DNA of 56,775 nt, counting the filler, from Streblomastix strix (lineage: Eukaryota): NCBI GenBank assembly GCA_008636045.1. It is 3 parts of 3 records of this genome, joined end to end, with 100 filler letters (N's around TTAATTAATTAA, not from the genome) between each part and the next. Parts side by side here need not be neighbours in the genome. Positions count along the whole stretch, not along the records: positions 18,960 to 37,818 come from SNRW01000572.1; positions 37,919 to 56,775 come from SNRW01000573.1; 1 more part is not named here. The stretch is one strand, 5' to 3'. Position 1 is the stretch's first letter. Each line of letters starts with the position of its first letter. The notes beneath the pieces were generated by a model. That model was not told where the DNA came from. It worked only from the letters and a program-made list of their open reading frames with translations, and searched no databases. The position numbers and the translations under genes are program-made. Positions 25,189 through 37,923 of this stretch are shown piece by piece.

Positions 25189-27383
25189 ATGTCAGATCAT
25201 TTATAGGAAAATCAGGAAGAAAGTCTTAACAATTTCAATTCTAAATTGGTTGGATTACGCTAAATAATGATTGCGTCTAATGTTGATGCCCTTATTGTGC
25301 CTTCTTAAGATGACCACGATTCTGAATATCCTACCGAGGCTGACAAACGCCGCCATTATCTTACAGGGTTTTCAGGAAGTGCAGGAACAGCATTCGTTAC
25401 ACAATAGAAAGCTTTTCTTATGACTGATGGACGCTATTTCCTTTAAGCTCAAAAAGAACTTTGCAATATCTGGCAACTTATTTAAAATCCTCGTCTAAGT
25501 GAGTTTCTAGTACACTAACTCCCTCTTCTTGGTGTAAAGCGGGTTGGTGTTAACTCTGCACTTATAACATAGTCAAACAAGGAGTACCTTGATCTTCGTT
25601 TGAAAAGATTGAGCAATGAAAAACAAGAGAATTATGAGCTAATTGCTTTAAAAAAAGACCTCGTTGATGAAGTTTGGGAAAAGGATCATAGACCTTTATA
25701 TCCAAATAAGCCAATATATGAATATCCATAAACTCTTAGTGGATAATCAAGGGAATCAAAAGTACAACAATTTTGGTCTGAATTAGAAAAGGATGCCAAG
25801 TACTAAGATTATAAGAGAATTATATCTTTAAGGCAAAACAATTGGAGTGAGTTTACAGTAATATCTACGCTAGATGATATTGCATGGATATTGAACATTA
25901 GAGGAAATGATATTGAATATGTTCCTGTTCCCAGAGCATTTCTTATTTTGTGTAGAGTTGCAACTATATCTTAGTAAATTGAGAAAAAAGATTCAAAAGA
26001 TATTCTTTGGAAATATAATGGATTTATATTTACTGATTCACCAATTCCTCCAGATCTTATAATTGAATTTGAAAAGAAAGATGAAATTGAACAACTTCCA
26101 GGATTGAATCTTACAGTTCTTCCGCATAATGCAATTTATGAAATATTAGAACAACTTGCTGGAACAGTGGATGTTGCATTTATATCTCCACAATGTACAT
26201 CTCATGCCATTTTCTAATCAATCACAGATGTATAATCAAAAAGGAATTTATAAATGAAAGGATCTGATGATTAGAGAGTTTTGCATATTTTTAATGTATA
26301 AAATATTATTAGTTTAATTAAAGCTATAAAAAATGATACTGAAATTAAGGTAATGAAAGAAATGCATAAAATTGATAGGTATTATTTATTCAATATCAAA
26401 ATTCACAAATAGTTAATTTAAATCTGAATAATATTAATAATTAATATTTATTTCTATTTAATAATTTTTTTCAATTAAATTACAAATTCAGTATTTCAAT
26501 GATTCGCTTCTTTCATTGGTTCTGTCAGCTCTATGCTGGTCAAAGAAGTATAGACCATCCAAAAGGGAATATTCCAGATTATGATGAGTTCATGTTAATT
26601 GAACACATCGAACGTTTCAGATCGTCAGGAGGAAATTCACATTATTAAGGCCCATCTTTTGAACACATTATAGCATCAGATGAGAATGGTGCAGTTATTC
26701 ATTACAAACCTGAACCTGCAGAGAATAAAGGATGGTGTGCAGCAAAGAAGATCAACCAATAGTCAATGGTGCTATTCGATACTGGAGGTCATTATTGGGG
26801 TGCAACTACTGATGTTACACGAACATTGCATTTGGGGGAGCCAACTTCTGAGTAGAAACGCATTTTTACTCTTGTTCTTAAATCTCATGTTGATCTATTC
26901 AAGTGCAATTTCTACTCAACAGGTTCAAAGAAGATGATTGCTGCTCAATTGGATGAAATAGCTAGACAACCATTAATAGCTCAGAACTTAGACTACAAAC
27001 ATGGAACTGGACATGGAGTTGGATGTATGTTGTGTGTACATGAGGGACCTGTATCATTCAATGAGCAAAGTCCTCTTCAACTTCATAACTGTATTACAAT
27101 TGAGCCTGGTTTATATCTTGAAGGACAATTTGGTGTTCGTATTGAATCTTTGGCTTTGGTTGAAAAGGTCATTGGTAAAACTTCTGAAGATGGTATTGAA
27201 GCATTAGGATTCGAGACATTGACTCATATTCCGTATTAGAGAAAACTTATTGATGTTAGCCTCCTTGATGATAGTGAAAAAGAATGGATCAATGAATTTC
27301 ATGCTCATTGCTGGGAAATTGCTTCTCCACATCTAAATGAGGAAGAGAAGACTTGGTTGCGCTCAGAAACACTTCCACTTTGA
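25189..27383 (+). CDS. XPNPEP1: Xaa-Pro aminopeptidase (aminopeptidase P, M24B)
   Basis: Motifs DDHDSEY, LTGFSGSAG, TDGRYFLQA, LDDIAWILNIRGNDI, DTGGHYWGATTDVTRT, DYKHGTGHGVG..VHEGP and IEPGLYLEGQFGVRIE. One intron at 26379-26491. TGA at 27381-27383. Confidence 0.95.
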
Positions 27384-27715
27384 AATAATACCAATGAAAA
27401 AATGATAATATTTATTTATATTCACTTTTTAATATATATGATGAAATAAGTTCAATAAATTATTATTTCATTGATCCAAACCATTCGTGATACAACCAAT
27501 TCGATTTTGAAATGTTCTAACTAATAAATTATAATTAGTAATATATATAAAATTCAAGGCAATCAAAATATAATAATATTTTTGATTTGATATTAGAAAC
27601 AATAAAAAAAAATTGAAAATGGTGATATGTGACGTTTTATAAAAAGTAATATAGGTTTCATAAGAAAAGAGACGATAACTATGAATGGCTCCTCCAACCA
27701 ATGATACAATTTTCA

Positions 27716-30700
27716 TCAAGCATCCCCTTTAATATCTTGAGCTTGTACTACATTAGGTGATTTTTCTTCTCCTTTATCACTATCATCTCCTTTTTCCTTC
27801 TTTTTCCCCTTTTTATCTTCTTTTTCTTTCTTTTCATCTTTCTTATGATGGTCTTTCTTATCATCTTTCTTTTCTCCTTCTTCTTTTTTCTCATCTTTAT
27901 CCTTCTTATCTTTATGGTCTTTCTTTTCATCTTTTTTAGAGTGGTCTTTCTTTTCTTCTTCTTTTTTATCTTCCTTTTTATCTTTATGATCTTTCTTTTT
28001 TTCATCCTTCTTTTCTTCTTCTTTTTTACTATGATCCTTCTTCTTCTCTTCTTCTTTTTTTTCTTCATCCTTCTTGTGATGTTCTTTCTTATCTTCTTTC
28101 TTATCTTCTTTCTTATCTTCTTTCTTCTCGGTTTCTACTTTCTTTTCACCTTCTTCTTTTTTATGGTGGTCTTTCTTATCTTCATCCTTCTTGTGATGAT
28201 CTTTTTTATCTTCTTCCTTTTTATGATGATCTTTCTTTCCTTTATCTTTATCATCTTCATGTTTTTTATCCTTTTTTTTTTCTTCTTTCTTTTTATCTTT
28301 ATGGTGTTCATCTTTGTCTTTTTCTTCTTTCTTTTCTTCTCCTTTTCCATCCTTCTCTTTGTGATGTTCTTTCTTCTCTTTATTTTTATCATGCTAAACC
28401 TGACCTTTTTTATCTTCTTCAGATGATTCATCTTTTCCTTTTTCTTTATGATGTTTATCCTTCTTATCTTTATCTTCCTTTTTATCTTTATCTTCCTTCT
28501 TATCTTTGTGATCTTTCTTTTTTTCTTTTTTCTCTTCTTCCTCTTTCTTTTCATCTTCTTTCTTTTCTTCTTCTTCTTCTTTCTTCTAATGCTTTTCTTT
28601 ATTATTATTCTTCTTCTGATTTTTTACTTTATTCTTCTTCTATTGCTTTCCGTTTTTATTCTTCTGATTCTTTTCTTTTTTTTTCTTCTTCTAATGCTTT
28701 TCTTTTTTATTCTTCTATTGCTTTTCTTTCTTATTCTTCTTCTAATGCTTTCCTTTATTATTCTTCTTCTTCTATTGCTTTTCTTTTTAATTCTTCTTCT
28801 GATGCTTTTCTTTTTTATTCTTCTTCTAATTCTTTTCTTCTTTATTCAGCTTTTAATGCTTTTCTTTCTTATTTTTCTTCTAATGCTTTTCATTATTATT
28901 TTTCTTCTACTGATTTTTTACTTTATTCTTCTTCTATTGCTTTTCTTTTTTATTCTTCTTATTCTTTTCTTTTTTATTCTTCTTCTAATGCTTTTCTTTT
29001 TTATTCTTCTAATGCTTTTCTTTCTTATTTTTCTTCTAATTCTTTTCTTTTTTATTCTTCTTCTTCTGATTTTTAATTTTATTCTTCTTCTAATGCTTTT
29101 CTTTTTTATTCTTCTATCAGTTTTTTATTTCTTTAATTCAAATTAGAATGCCCATCAATATGATTCAAATATTAAGAGAATGGAATTTTCTATTAACATA
29201 TTTAACATTAAATTGGTAATATATCATCTTTTATGGCAGAAGCTGATTAATTATCTTCTTTTATATGATAATGAAAATAATTTTTATGTTATTATTCAAT
29301 TTATTATTCTTTTTATTATTCTTTCTTTTATTCTTTTTGTTATTCTTTTTATTATTCTATTTATTGTACTTTTTCTTTTTCTTATTATTTTTATTAATCT
29401 TTTGATTATTCTTTTTATTATTCTTAATATTATTCTTTATGATATTCTTTTTATTGTACTTTTTCTTTTTCTTATTATTTTTATTAATCTTTTGATTATT
29501 CTTTTTATTATTTTTATTATTATTCTTTATGATATTCTTTTTATTGTACTTTTCCTTTTTCTTATTATCTTTATTAAACTTTTTATTATTCTTTTTATTA
29601 ATCTTTTTATAATTCAGGATTTGAAATAGATGATAAAGATGAAGAATGTTATAATAATAAATTATTAGAATTAAAATTTTCAGAATTTGACTTTGTTTAA
29701 ATATAAATTTTTCTATTTGGAGAAAGTGGCGAATGAATTTAAGTTTATTTCAAATATTTACTTAATGGTGATTATTATAAAGTTTACAGTTAAGGTAATG
29801 ATGATGAATTTGTTAAAGAACGAAGAGAAGAAAAAGAAGAAGATTATTAAATTAATTATTAATCTCTTTTTTATTTCAATTTCAATATTCTTCTATTAAT
29901 CCCTGGATGTGAAATAAGTACTTAAATTGATGGACGTTGAGTTGGATCCTGAATTAAGAAATATTAGAAAAATTAATATAAATTAATGAATAAGGGAATA
30001 TATATAAAAAAGTTTAAATAACTTTATATATAGTTTAATTGATTTGATAATCTAAGAATATTATTATAATGAAACAAACTTTGCATAATAATTACATAAT
30101 TAATTATTTTAACGACTCAGGGGTATTATTTGGAAGTGGATTTGGTTTGCATTTAATAATATTCGTTCTCAAGACTTCTCCATTTTAATCTAATATAAAA
30201 TTATAATAAAGAAAAGATTATAAATTATTAATATAATAATTTATAATTAAAATAATATTTAAAATGATAATAAAATAAAAGATTTATGAAAAATATAAAT
30301 TGATATAATAATGGGTATGATACCTGCAAATGGATGTTTAAGTGTAATTAATTCATATATTATTACACCAAGTGAAAACATATCGCATTATTTAGTTTAT
30401 ATTACGGGTCTATATTATTTGAAATAAAAATGATAATATAAAAAATATTAAAAAAGTGTGATTACGAATATAAAATTAATTAATTAATTAATAATAAATT
30501 AAATATATAGGAAAAAATATTACACTAGCAAATTAATAATAAATAGAATACTCTTATGGTCTTAAATCTGTTTTCGCTATTTCGCTTTCTTCAATTTAAA
30601 TAAGAAGCTCCGGAGGGAAATATTAACTATTATCGAAAGAGAACAAAAATAAATCAAATTTAATATAATTCAAATAATAATAGTAAATATAAATTTCTAT

Positions 30701-31445
30701 TGTTTTTCAAATCATACATCGTGCCTCCAATTCTTGACAGATGTTATTGTGTACCCATTATAACTCTGGCCATTCCAAGATCACCTGAATAAAATAAAAG
30801 TTAATATAAAAATATAATTTTCAAATATTTTATTAATTTAAATATACCGAGTTTTATAATGAAATTATCAGTCATGAAAACATTTTCGGGTTTTAAGTCT
30901 CTATGAATTATATTTGCAGAATGGAGACTAAAAATCGCTTCAGTAAGCTAAGCAAATATGTCCAATAGCATCTTTTATTAAATATAAAATATTAAATATA
31001 ATAATTAAATAAAATAAATTATATAAAAATAAAAGAAAAATTATATTATTAATAATTAAAATTAAATCAAACATCTTCGCTAGTAATTGCTTTTAACTCT
31101 CTAAGATGATTAATATATTTGCGAAGATCACCCTTTTCACAGTATTCCATCAAAATATAGAATTCACTTTCGTCCTCAAATTATCCATAATACTCTACTA
31201 AGTAATCACTTTTATTGTTTTGAAGTATTTCGGCTTCAGATAATGCCATCTTTCTGTCTTCGTCGTTAACAATAGTCATCCTTTTCCATACAAGTTGTTT
31301 TCCTGAAGCTATCTCAGTTATTTAAAATACTGATCCAAATGATCCATGTCCAAGCGCACGAACAACACGGTCTTCAAAAATAAAAATTTGCAAAATTAAG
31401 TAGAATGAACAAAGTTAATTGCATACAATCACTCTTCTTCAGCAT
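27716..31445 (-). CDS. Nek-like Ser/Thr protein kinase with single C2H2-type finger and long charged low-complexity tail
   Basis: [47 protein letters not shown] and [20 protein letters not shown] spread over short exons (31445-~29900). [20 protein letters not shown] at ~29150-29205, followed by EEEQKRKAL repeats and a K/D/E/H-rich tail to TGA 27716-27718. Confidence 0.85.
27770..29610 (-). repeat. Coding low-complexity repeats of the kinase tail
   Basis: TTCTTCTAATGCTTTTCTTTTTTATTC-like units (RKALEEEQ) at 28580-29120, KKDHHK/KKEHHK units at 27770-28560, and ~96-bp units at 29350-29600. Confidence 0.85.
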
Positions 31446-32341
31446 GAAAACAGTAGGTCTGGATTAGAAAATAAGGAAATATAAATGTAAACTCTAAAGC
31501 GTTCAAGAATAATATTTTTGTAAACAAAGCAGATTCCGATAAGTTTAGCGCTAACAATAAGATGTGATAATAAATAATTCTATTTTTGAAGTGCGTAATG
31601 TCAATTTATAATTAATTGTAAACAGCAGGAAATGGCCCAAATATTGTCTGTTGTGAGAAAAATTGTAATTAGTGCTCGTATATTCTTGTTCAACGAAAAC
31701 AGTAAAATGTAATGAAAAAATAAAATAACTGAGCAAAATTTATATATATACGTTTCTTACGACAAAAAAATAGAAAAATAGATAGAATATAGCGGTGCAG
31801 AATGATCAGAAATTTATGAGTTTATATCTTGTGAATTGAAAGTAGTTAAAGACTTGAATTTATGTTTGAAATATAATAGTGGCACATATAGGTAAAATTT
31901 TTAGAGCTACTTTGTTAGATAAACTCACAACCACCGCCAAATTACTCTCTTTTATTTTTATTATTTGATATTTAAGAAGTCATTTCAATGTAATAGATAC
32001 ATATTTTTAAATTTATTTTTTATTTTCGCGTTGAAATGAGTGTAAATTAGTAAACAGAATAGAAATGGAAAAAAATTTAAAAAATTAATGCTTCAAAAAT
32101 AATTTTATTTCATACTTTATTCATAATTTAAATTAATGTTGAACAAAAGCGTATTTAAATGAGCTAATTGAGCGCTGAGCAAAATTTAAAGTGCTCTAAT
32201 TGAAATTATCCAATCAATAAAAAGATAAAAAAAACTAAAAAAATTTTGAAAATATTAACCACTTTATTAAACGAATAAAAAAAACAATTGAAAAAATGTG
32301 CACAAAAAAGTGTTTTACATATTAAACTAAATGGAATTAGC

Positions 32342-34852
32342 TCATTGAAGGAAATCTTCTTTCCCATATGGCAGCTACTAATTCTGAGGCGGGGGTTATT
32401 AATACATTGGATTGAATTATTGTTATGGTGAATATGAATTTTATTGAACTTATGGATTGTTGTGTTGTAAAGGAGGTGGCAAAGGAGGTTGATTCTGCTA
32501 CGGATATTGATATGCAGGGATTTGATAAGCAGCATATGGCTATTGAGCTCCGTATCGTAAATCATATTTATTATCTGCTACAACAACAGCAATTCCATCT
32601 CCATTCCTTTATTGTGATTGTTGGCCTTCTTTATCATAGTATCTACCTTCTTCAGCGGTTCTCTATTAATAGTTTGAATTGCTGCTATCAGCTGTGCGGC
32701 TCTTACTGCAACAACAGCATTGATCTGAACCTTGCGCGCAACATTAGTTTTGAGCTTTGCGTCCCTTTCTTTTATTACACCCACTATTTGAACAGCATTG
32801 ATCATTATCACCTGATCCATCCTTTGAACCACATTAGCAGCAGCATTACTTGCAACAGTTATTGCAACAATCAGAGCATCCTCTGCAACAACATACTCCA
32901 CATAATGCACCACAGCACGAACCACAACATAAACCACAACATTTATAGCAGCAACAGATGCTAAGTACAATAATGATAATAATTACTATAACTACAGTGA
33001 CCTGTAATAGTACTATACCCCATACTGGCCATTCTCCTTCATAATGATCAGGAAGCCAATCAATTTAAGGTCCGACATCTGCAATATACACTCGAGGTTC
33101 AACACTTTTAGATTTAGATCTATAAATCATATCTTTCTTAATTTGTAGCATATCTGGTTGTTCAGTTTCAACTCCTAATTCACTGAAATGCAAATCATTT
33201 CCGTACTCATTTCCATAACCTTAATTACCTGAGAATGTGCAATATCTCAAATATATCATTTTTGTATCTTAAGCATATATTCCTCCTCCTCCAGCAATAC
33301 TTGCAGTATTCTCTTTAAAACTAACAACTTCGAATTTGATACGACCAGATGCAGAAGCTAAATAGATACCTCCACCTGAACCAGCAACGCAAGTCGTGAA
33401 TTATACGGAAGAAAATGAAGATCCACTTTTCCAGTCAACGACCATTAATGCTCCTCCTAAAGCTTTGGATTGATCAGCATCAATATTTGATTATGACGAT
33501 TATGATTCTGATATGAAAGCTAATGATTGTTTAAATGTTGTACTTGACAATTTATTCTGTCCTCCTTTTGAATACATTGATCCTCCTTCGCTGTTTTCTT
33601 TTCCAGAAGCTAAACATTCTTTGAAAGTTGTGCTGCTTATCCAATGTTTACCATCCCCTTCAATATATATAGCTCCACCTTAACCAATTTATAATCCAAA
33701 AGCTTAGCATTCTGTAAATGTTGAGCTTGAAAAAGATATTTCACCATTTCCTTCAATGTATATAGCTCCACCTTATCCAATTAATTACCCTAAAGATCTA
33801 CATTCTTTAAAAGTTGTGCTTGAAATTGATAGCTTCCCATTCCCTTCAAAGTAAATAGCACCTCCTTTTCCTCCATAACTTTAGCTTCCTTTGATTGTGG
33901 TACTTGAAATACTTAGTTTCCCATTGCTAACAAAATAGATTGATCCTCCAAAGTCTTATGAAGTGCAGTCTTCAAAGGTAACACCTGAGAAACTTGCATC
34001 ACCACTTAATATATCGGTATGATATTCCTTATTAGAAATCTTTTCAGATATGTGTTTTGTGTTGTGACAGCTTTTGAATGATGATCCAATAACCTGAAGG
34101 TTTCCATTACTGTTCAGACCATTTACAACTCCTCCCATAAGAACATTCTCTACTTCAATAAATGAACAATCTTGAATAATTACATTTTCTTATCCAATAA
34201 TATTGTTTGCAAAGTTAGAAGTACTGCTATGACCAATATTTATTTGATTGAACTTGCATTTTGTAAGTGTGATTTCACTTGCATGTCCATCTCCAAATAA
34301 TGGTCTATCTCCATCTGTCATAATATTATCTATTGAAGTCTTCAATACATTTAGATATCCTCCACTTTCACCAAAGATTACAAGATTTGAAACTCTCCTT
34401 TCATCAACGTTTTCGAATTCCATTTTCAGATTAGTTAGAACGAGTTCACCGCCATTAACCTCGAAACTGTTTTTAATCGTTGTTCCAATAAGTGTACTAT
34501 CTTCAAACAGCAACTAAGACTACCTTTCAACAACTGCTACAAGATTTCCAACTGGCTTGAATCGTAAACTCTGCAAAGAAATATGTGCTTCTTCTCCAAC
34601 GAATATTGCTTTCTGATTAATTGAGTCATTTAGTTCAATTTCGGTGAATTATGATCCATGAAGTGATATATGCTTATGTGCAACATCAAGACCACCTGTG
34701 AGATATCTTCCCTCGCCAAGGCGCGCACTTTTCTAAATTCCGCTTGTTTCTCCCCACTTCAGTGCTCCTTCGAGTGTTCCTGCGTTGATTTTGGCTTATG
34801 CATGAATAATGTATGTCAAAAATAATACTGTCACAAAATGTGGAAATTGCAT
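32342..34852 (-). CDS. Type I surface membrane protein, right-handed parallel beta-helix (pectin-lyase-like, GGAIY repeats), Cys-rich and Pro/Gln-rich cytoplasmic tail; 836 aa, intronless
   Basis: Signal-like MQFPHFVTVLFLTYIIHA. Repeats GGAIYFEGNGKLSISSTTFKEC and GGAIYIEGNGEISFSSSTFTEC. TM segment WGIVLLQVTVVIVIIIIIVLSI, then CCCYKCCGLCCGSCCGALCGVCCCRGC. ATG 34852 and TGA 32342 are in one frame. Confidence 0.88.
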
Positions 34853-36224
34853 TGGTAAAAGAATATTCAATGAATTTTATACAGAAATTCATCCATCTTG
34901 GTTTTTAATGGGACTGAACACAAGTATACGTGAAATGTTATTAAATACTATTTATTTGACTTATTATTTATTTTAAAGATATTGTTAGTGTAAAATATTA
35001 ATAATTCCATTATTTATTGAAAATTTTAAGCATTGCATTACCAATATATTATTTAATATATTTAAGTTAATAATTTAAAATATATCATTTTTTATTAAAT
35101 GAGTACCTGGGCCAACGTGTTCTAAAATTTTGGAGATTTTAATCTGAAATTCATCAATAATTAACTATCACACAAATTACTGTTGTTTGTAAATAAAAAG
35201 TAACATTTTTTTCTAAACTATAGGACTTACATTTTTTCATAATATATGTAAATAATATATTAATTTATTTCATAAATTTCTAAATTTTACCTTTGTTCTG
35301 TCTATAAAAACAAGATTAATTTTTTTTATCGTTATTTCCAAAATAACTCCTGTAGGACTGTACAATCAGCCAAATATTAAATTTAATTTAGATTTAATTA
35401 TCAATTTATCTTTAATTGTGCATAAAATTTGCATTTATTTACTTTGGACACTCATATTCTTTCTATCTTTCTTTAAAATTTTTAATAATTATCATATATT
35501 ACCATAGTAATCCTTTATTAGTTTCGATTTTCAATTTTTTTGCAGTTTAAATTTATCATCATAAGTCATTTTGCTTTATAGACCACTTTTAAGCTGTTTC
35601 TAAAGCCGTACAAATACTAGGAAAGTTCATATTTTTTAATTTTTTATTTAATCTCTATTTAATAATTTGTTTCATTATATATATGTATTTCATTATATAT
35701 TTTATTTATAATATTGATTCATTTATATACAACATTGACCGGTAAACCACAAAGGATTTGCAGATGATGAGTTTATTAATAATTGTTTAATCAAAAGTTT
35801 TTCCTTCATACGGATGATGTCCTGATAGAACAGTACTGATTACACCAATGTAATATTTCACAATTCTCAAACATATGGTATTATAATTATAATAGACATA
35901 ATTTTTAACGATTAATTTTATTTGAATATATTTTATCTAATGTTTATCATTTTATTATTTAATTTATTCATTATTTAAATTATTAATACTAGAGAAATGC
36001 ATATATGTACTTTGAGTAATCTTTATTAAATTTCTTTCGGGCGTTCATTCATTTGAATGAATAATTATGAATTAAACTGCTATCAATATCATTAAATGGA
36101 AGTTTATATATTTATTTTTACTTTTCAAATTTGTTGTTTAATACAAAAAATAGTTTTTATTGATAAAAATTTAACAATTATCATAATGTTTATTTGACTT
36201 TGTTTGTTATTATCACTCATATAG

Positions 36225-36975
36225 AAAAATAATTTAGATTCATTTAGAAAATTAAATTTGATTCAAATAGAAAAGAGAGAAAGTGAATTGTATTAAAATA
36301 AGAATTTAGATCAGAATAGAACAAATTCAAATAATGATTTGATTTCAAATTTAAGAAAAACAGGATAATAAAGAAAATAAATTGATGATTAAGAATAAAG
36401 CTAAAATTTCGATGATTTAAAAGATGATAATGATGAAAATATGATATAATGCCACATTTGTAAATAATATTATCGTTCAGGCTAATTCATAAATCACATA
36501 AAATCGCACACAAATGGTTTATAATTTAAAAGCAATATTCAAAATTATATTTACTCTTTGAAATTAGAAAAGAAATTTGAACTTATTTAATGTCCTTTCT
36601 GTATATCTCGATAATTTTCAAATGGTGTGAATAAAAACATTATGCAAAGACATCCAGAATAGCTTAATCTTTTCAATGCTATGATTAATATACACAACTG
36701 TAATTAGTAATAAATTTTATCATTACAATCCAAAATTTCTTCTTCATCTTCATAATAATAAAATAACATTTCTAAATTGGCTAAGGAGCAAAAGTCAGCC
36801 GACCAAAAGATTGGATTATCAAACTTGATAATAATTAAAATACGCTCGTTCTATTTAATCAAGAAATAAGTTCAGGATTTTGGGCATTTACAGCAACATG
36901 CAGAAAAGTTAAAAATGGAATTGGAATTGGAATTATTGATGCTGAGTAGATACTTGTATTTCCTCTAAGCCACTT
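36225..36975 (+). pseudogene. Gene fragment with C2H2-type finger(s) and a frameshifted SPRY/B30.2-like segment
   Basis: MIQCHICKQYYRSGQFINHIKSH (~36443-36510) and a degenerate LIQCPFCISR..QRH. After an apparent frameshift near 36830 it reads NTLVLFNQEISSGFWAFTATCRKVKNGIGIGIIDAEQ. No clear start. Confidence 0.4.
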
Positions 36976-37818
36976 TCTTCTTGAATTTAATCATTTTATT
37001 CTTTGATAAGTAATTTAAATAAAAAAATTGTAAATTGTTTAAATTTTAAAATAGAATTAATTTTTATAAATATATAATCGATATGATTATGAAATAAAAT
37101 CTGAATAAAATATACGAATACAATAAATAATATTCATTATAAAGTGGAATTTTAAAATAATTTTAGAAATTCTGTGAAAATATTAACATAGAAATTTAAA
37201 ATTTGGTTTAATTGAGTTAAATGAATATAAAAATCAAAATAATGAAAATTCAAATCAAAATATTAGAAAATCGCTAATTTTGCAATGAAATCAATAATTG
37301 TAATATTTTCAATGGAGAATATTTTATAATATATATTCAATTAAAATTATATAAGTAAATCGATGAATACTTTGATTACAATTCAAAGCAAAGTCCCAAT
37401 TTATAAAAATGAAAATTGTTTTATAAAAGGGTAGAATTTTCTTATATAATTATTTAATTTCCTACAATGGAAAGATTATCAAAAAAATAGTTATCAAAGC
37501 CAAATTAATAAATAACATAAATTAAATCGGATTGTATACCCACTACAGGAAATTAGAAGAATGAAAAAATAAAATTAAAATGAATGAAAAATTTGATTAA
37601 AAAATTTGTATAAGCAAAGAAATTATCTTAAGAAATAAAAAAGAAGAAATATATAATTAAAATTAAGAATATCCTAGAAAATTGCACAAATGAAGAGTTT
37701 AAATATATAATTGATAATAAATTCATTAAATTGATTGGAAAAGAGTTGAAAATAAAATTAGATGATAATGATATAAATATATTAAAAATAATTAAATTAA
37801 TGATTGTTTTCATAAGAA

Positions 37819-37918
37819 NNNNNNNNNNNNNNNNNNNNNNNNNNNNNNNNNNNNNNNNNNNNTTAATTAATTAANNNNNNNNNNNNNNNNNNNNNNNNNN
37901 NNNNNNNNNNNNNNNNNN
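37819..37918. other. Artificial contig linker
   Basis: Ns flanking TTAATTAATTAA, identical to 18860-18959. Confidence 0.97.
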
Positions 37919-37923
37919 GACCT

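Noticed and set aside
27757..29629. Long plus-strand F/L/I/S-rich ORFs that look like membrane proteins, and poly-K/R minus-strand ORFs
   Set aside because: Antisense or off-frame shadows of the purine-rich kinase tail.
32206..32970. Track ORFs (V/A-rich minus-strand ORF, plus-strand 179-aa ORF) as separate genes
   Set aside because: They are alternative frames of the Cys-rich tail of the beta-helix protein.
18860..37918. TTAATTAATTAA palindromes within N runs as biological sites, and gene neighbourhood across them
   Set aside because: Identical synthetic linkers joining contigs of near-equal length (apparently size-sorted). No linkage can be inferred between the three segments.
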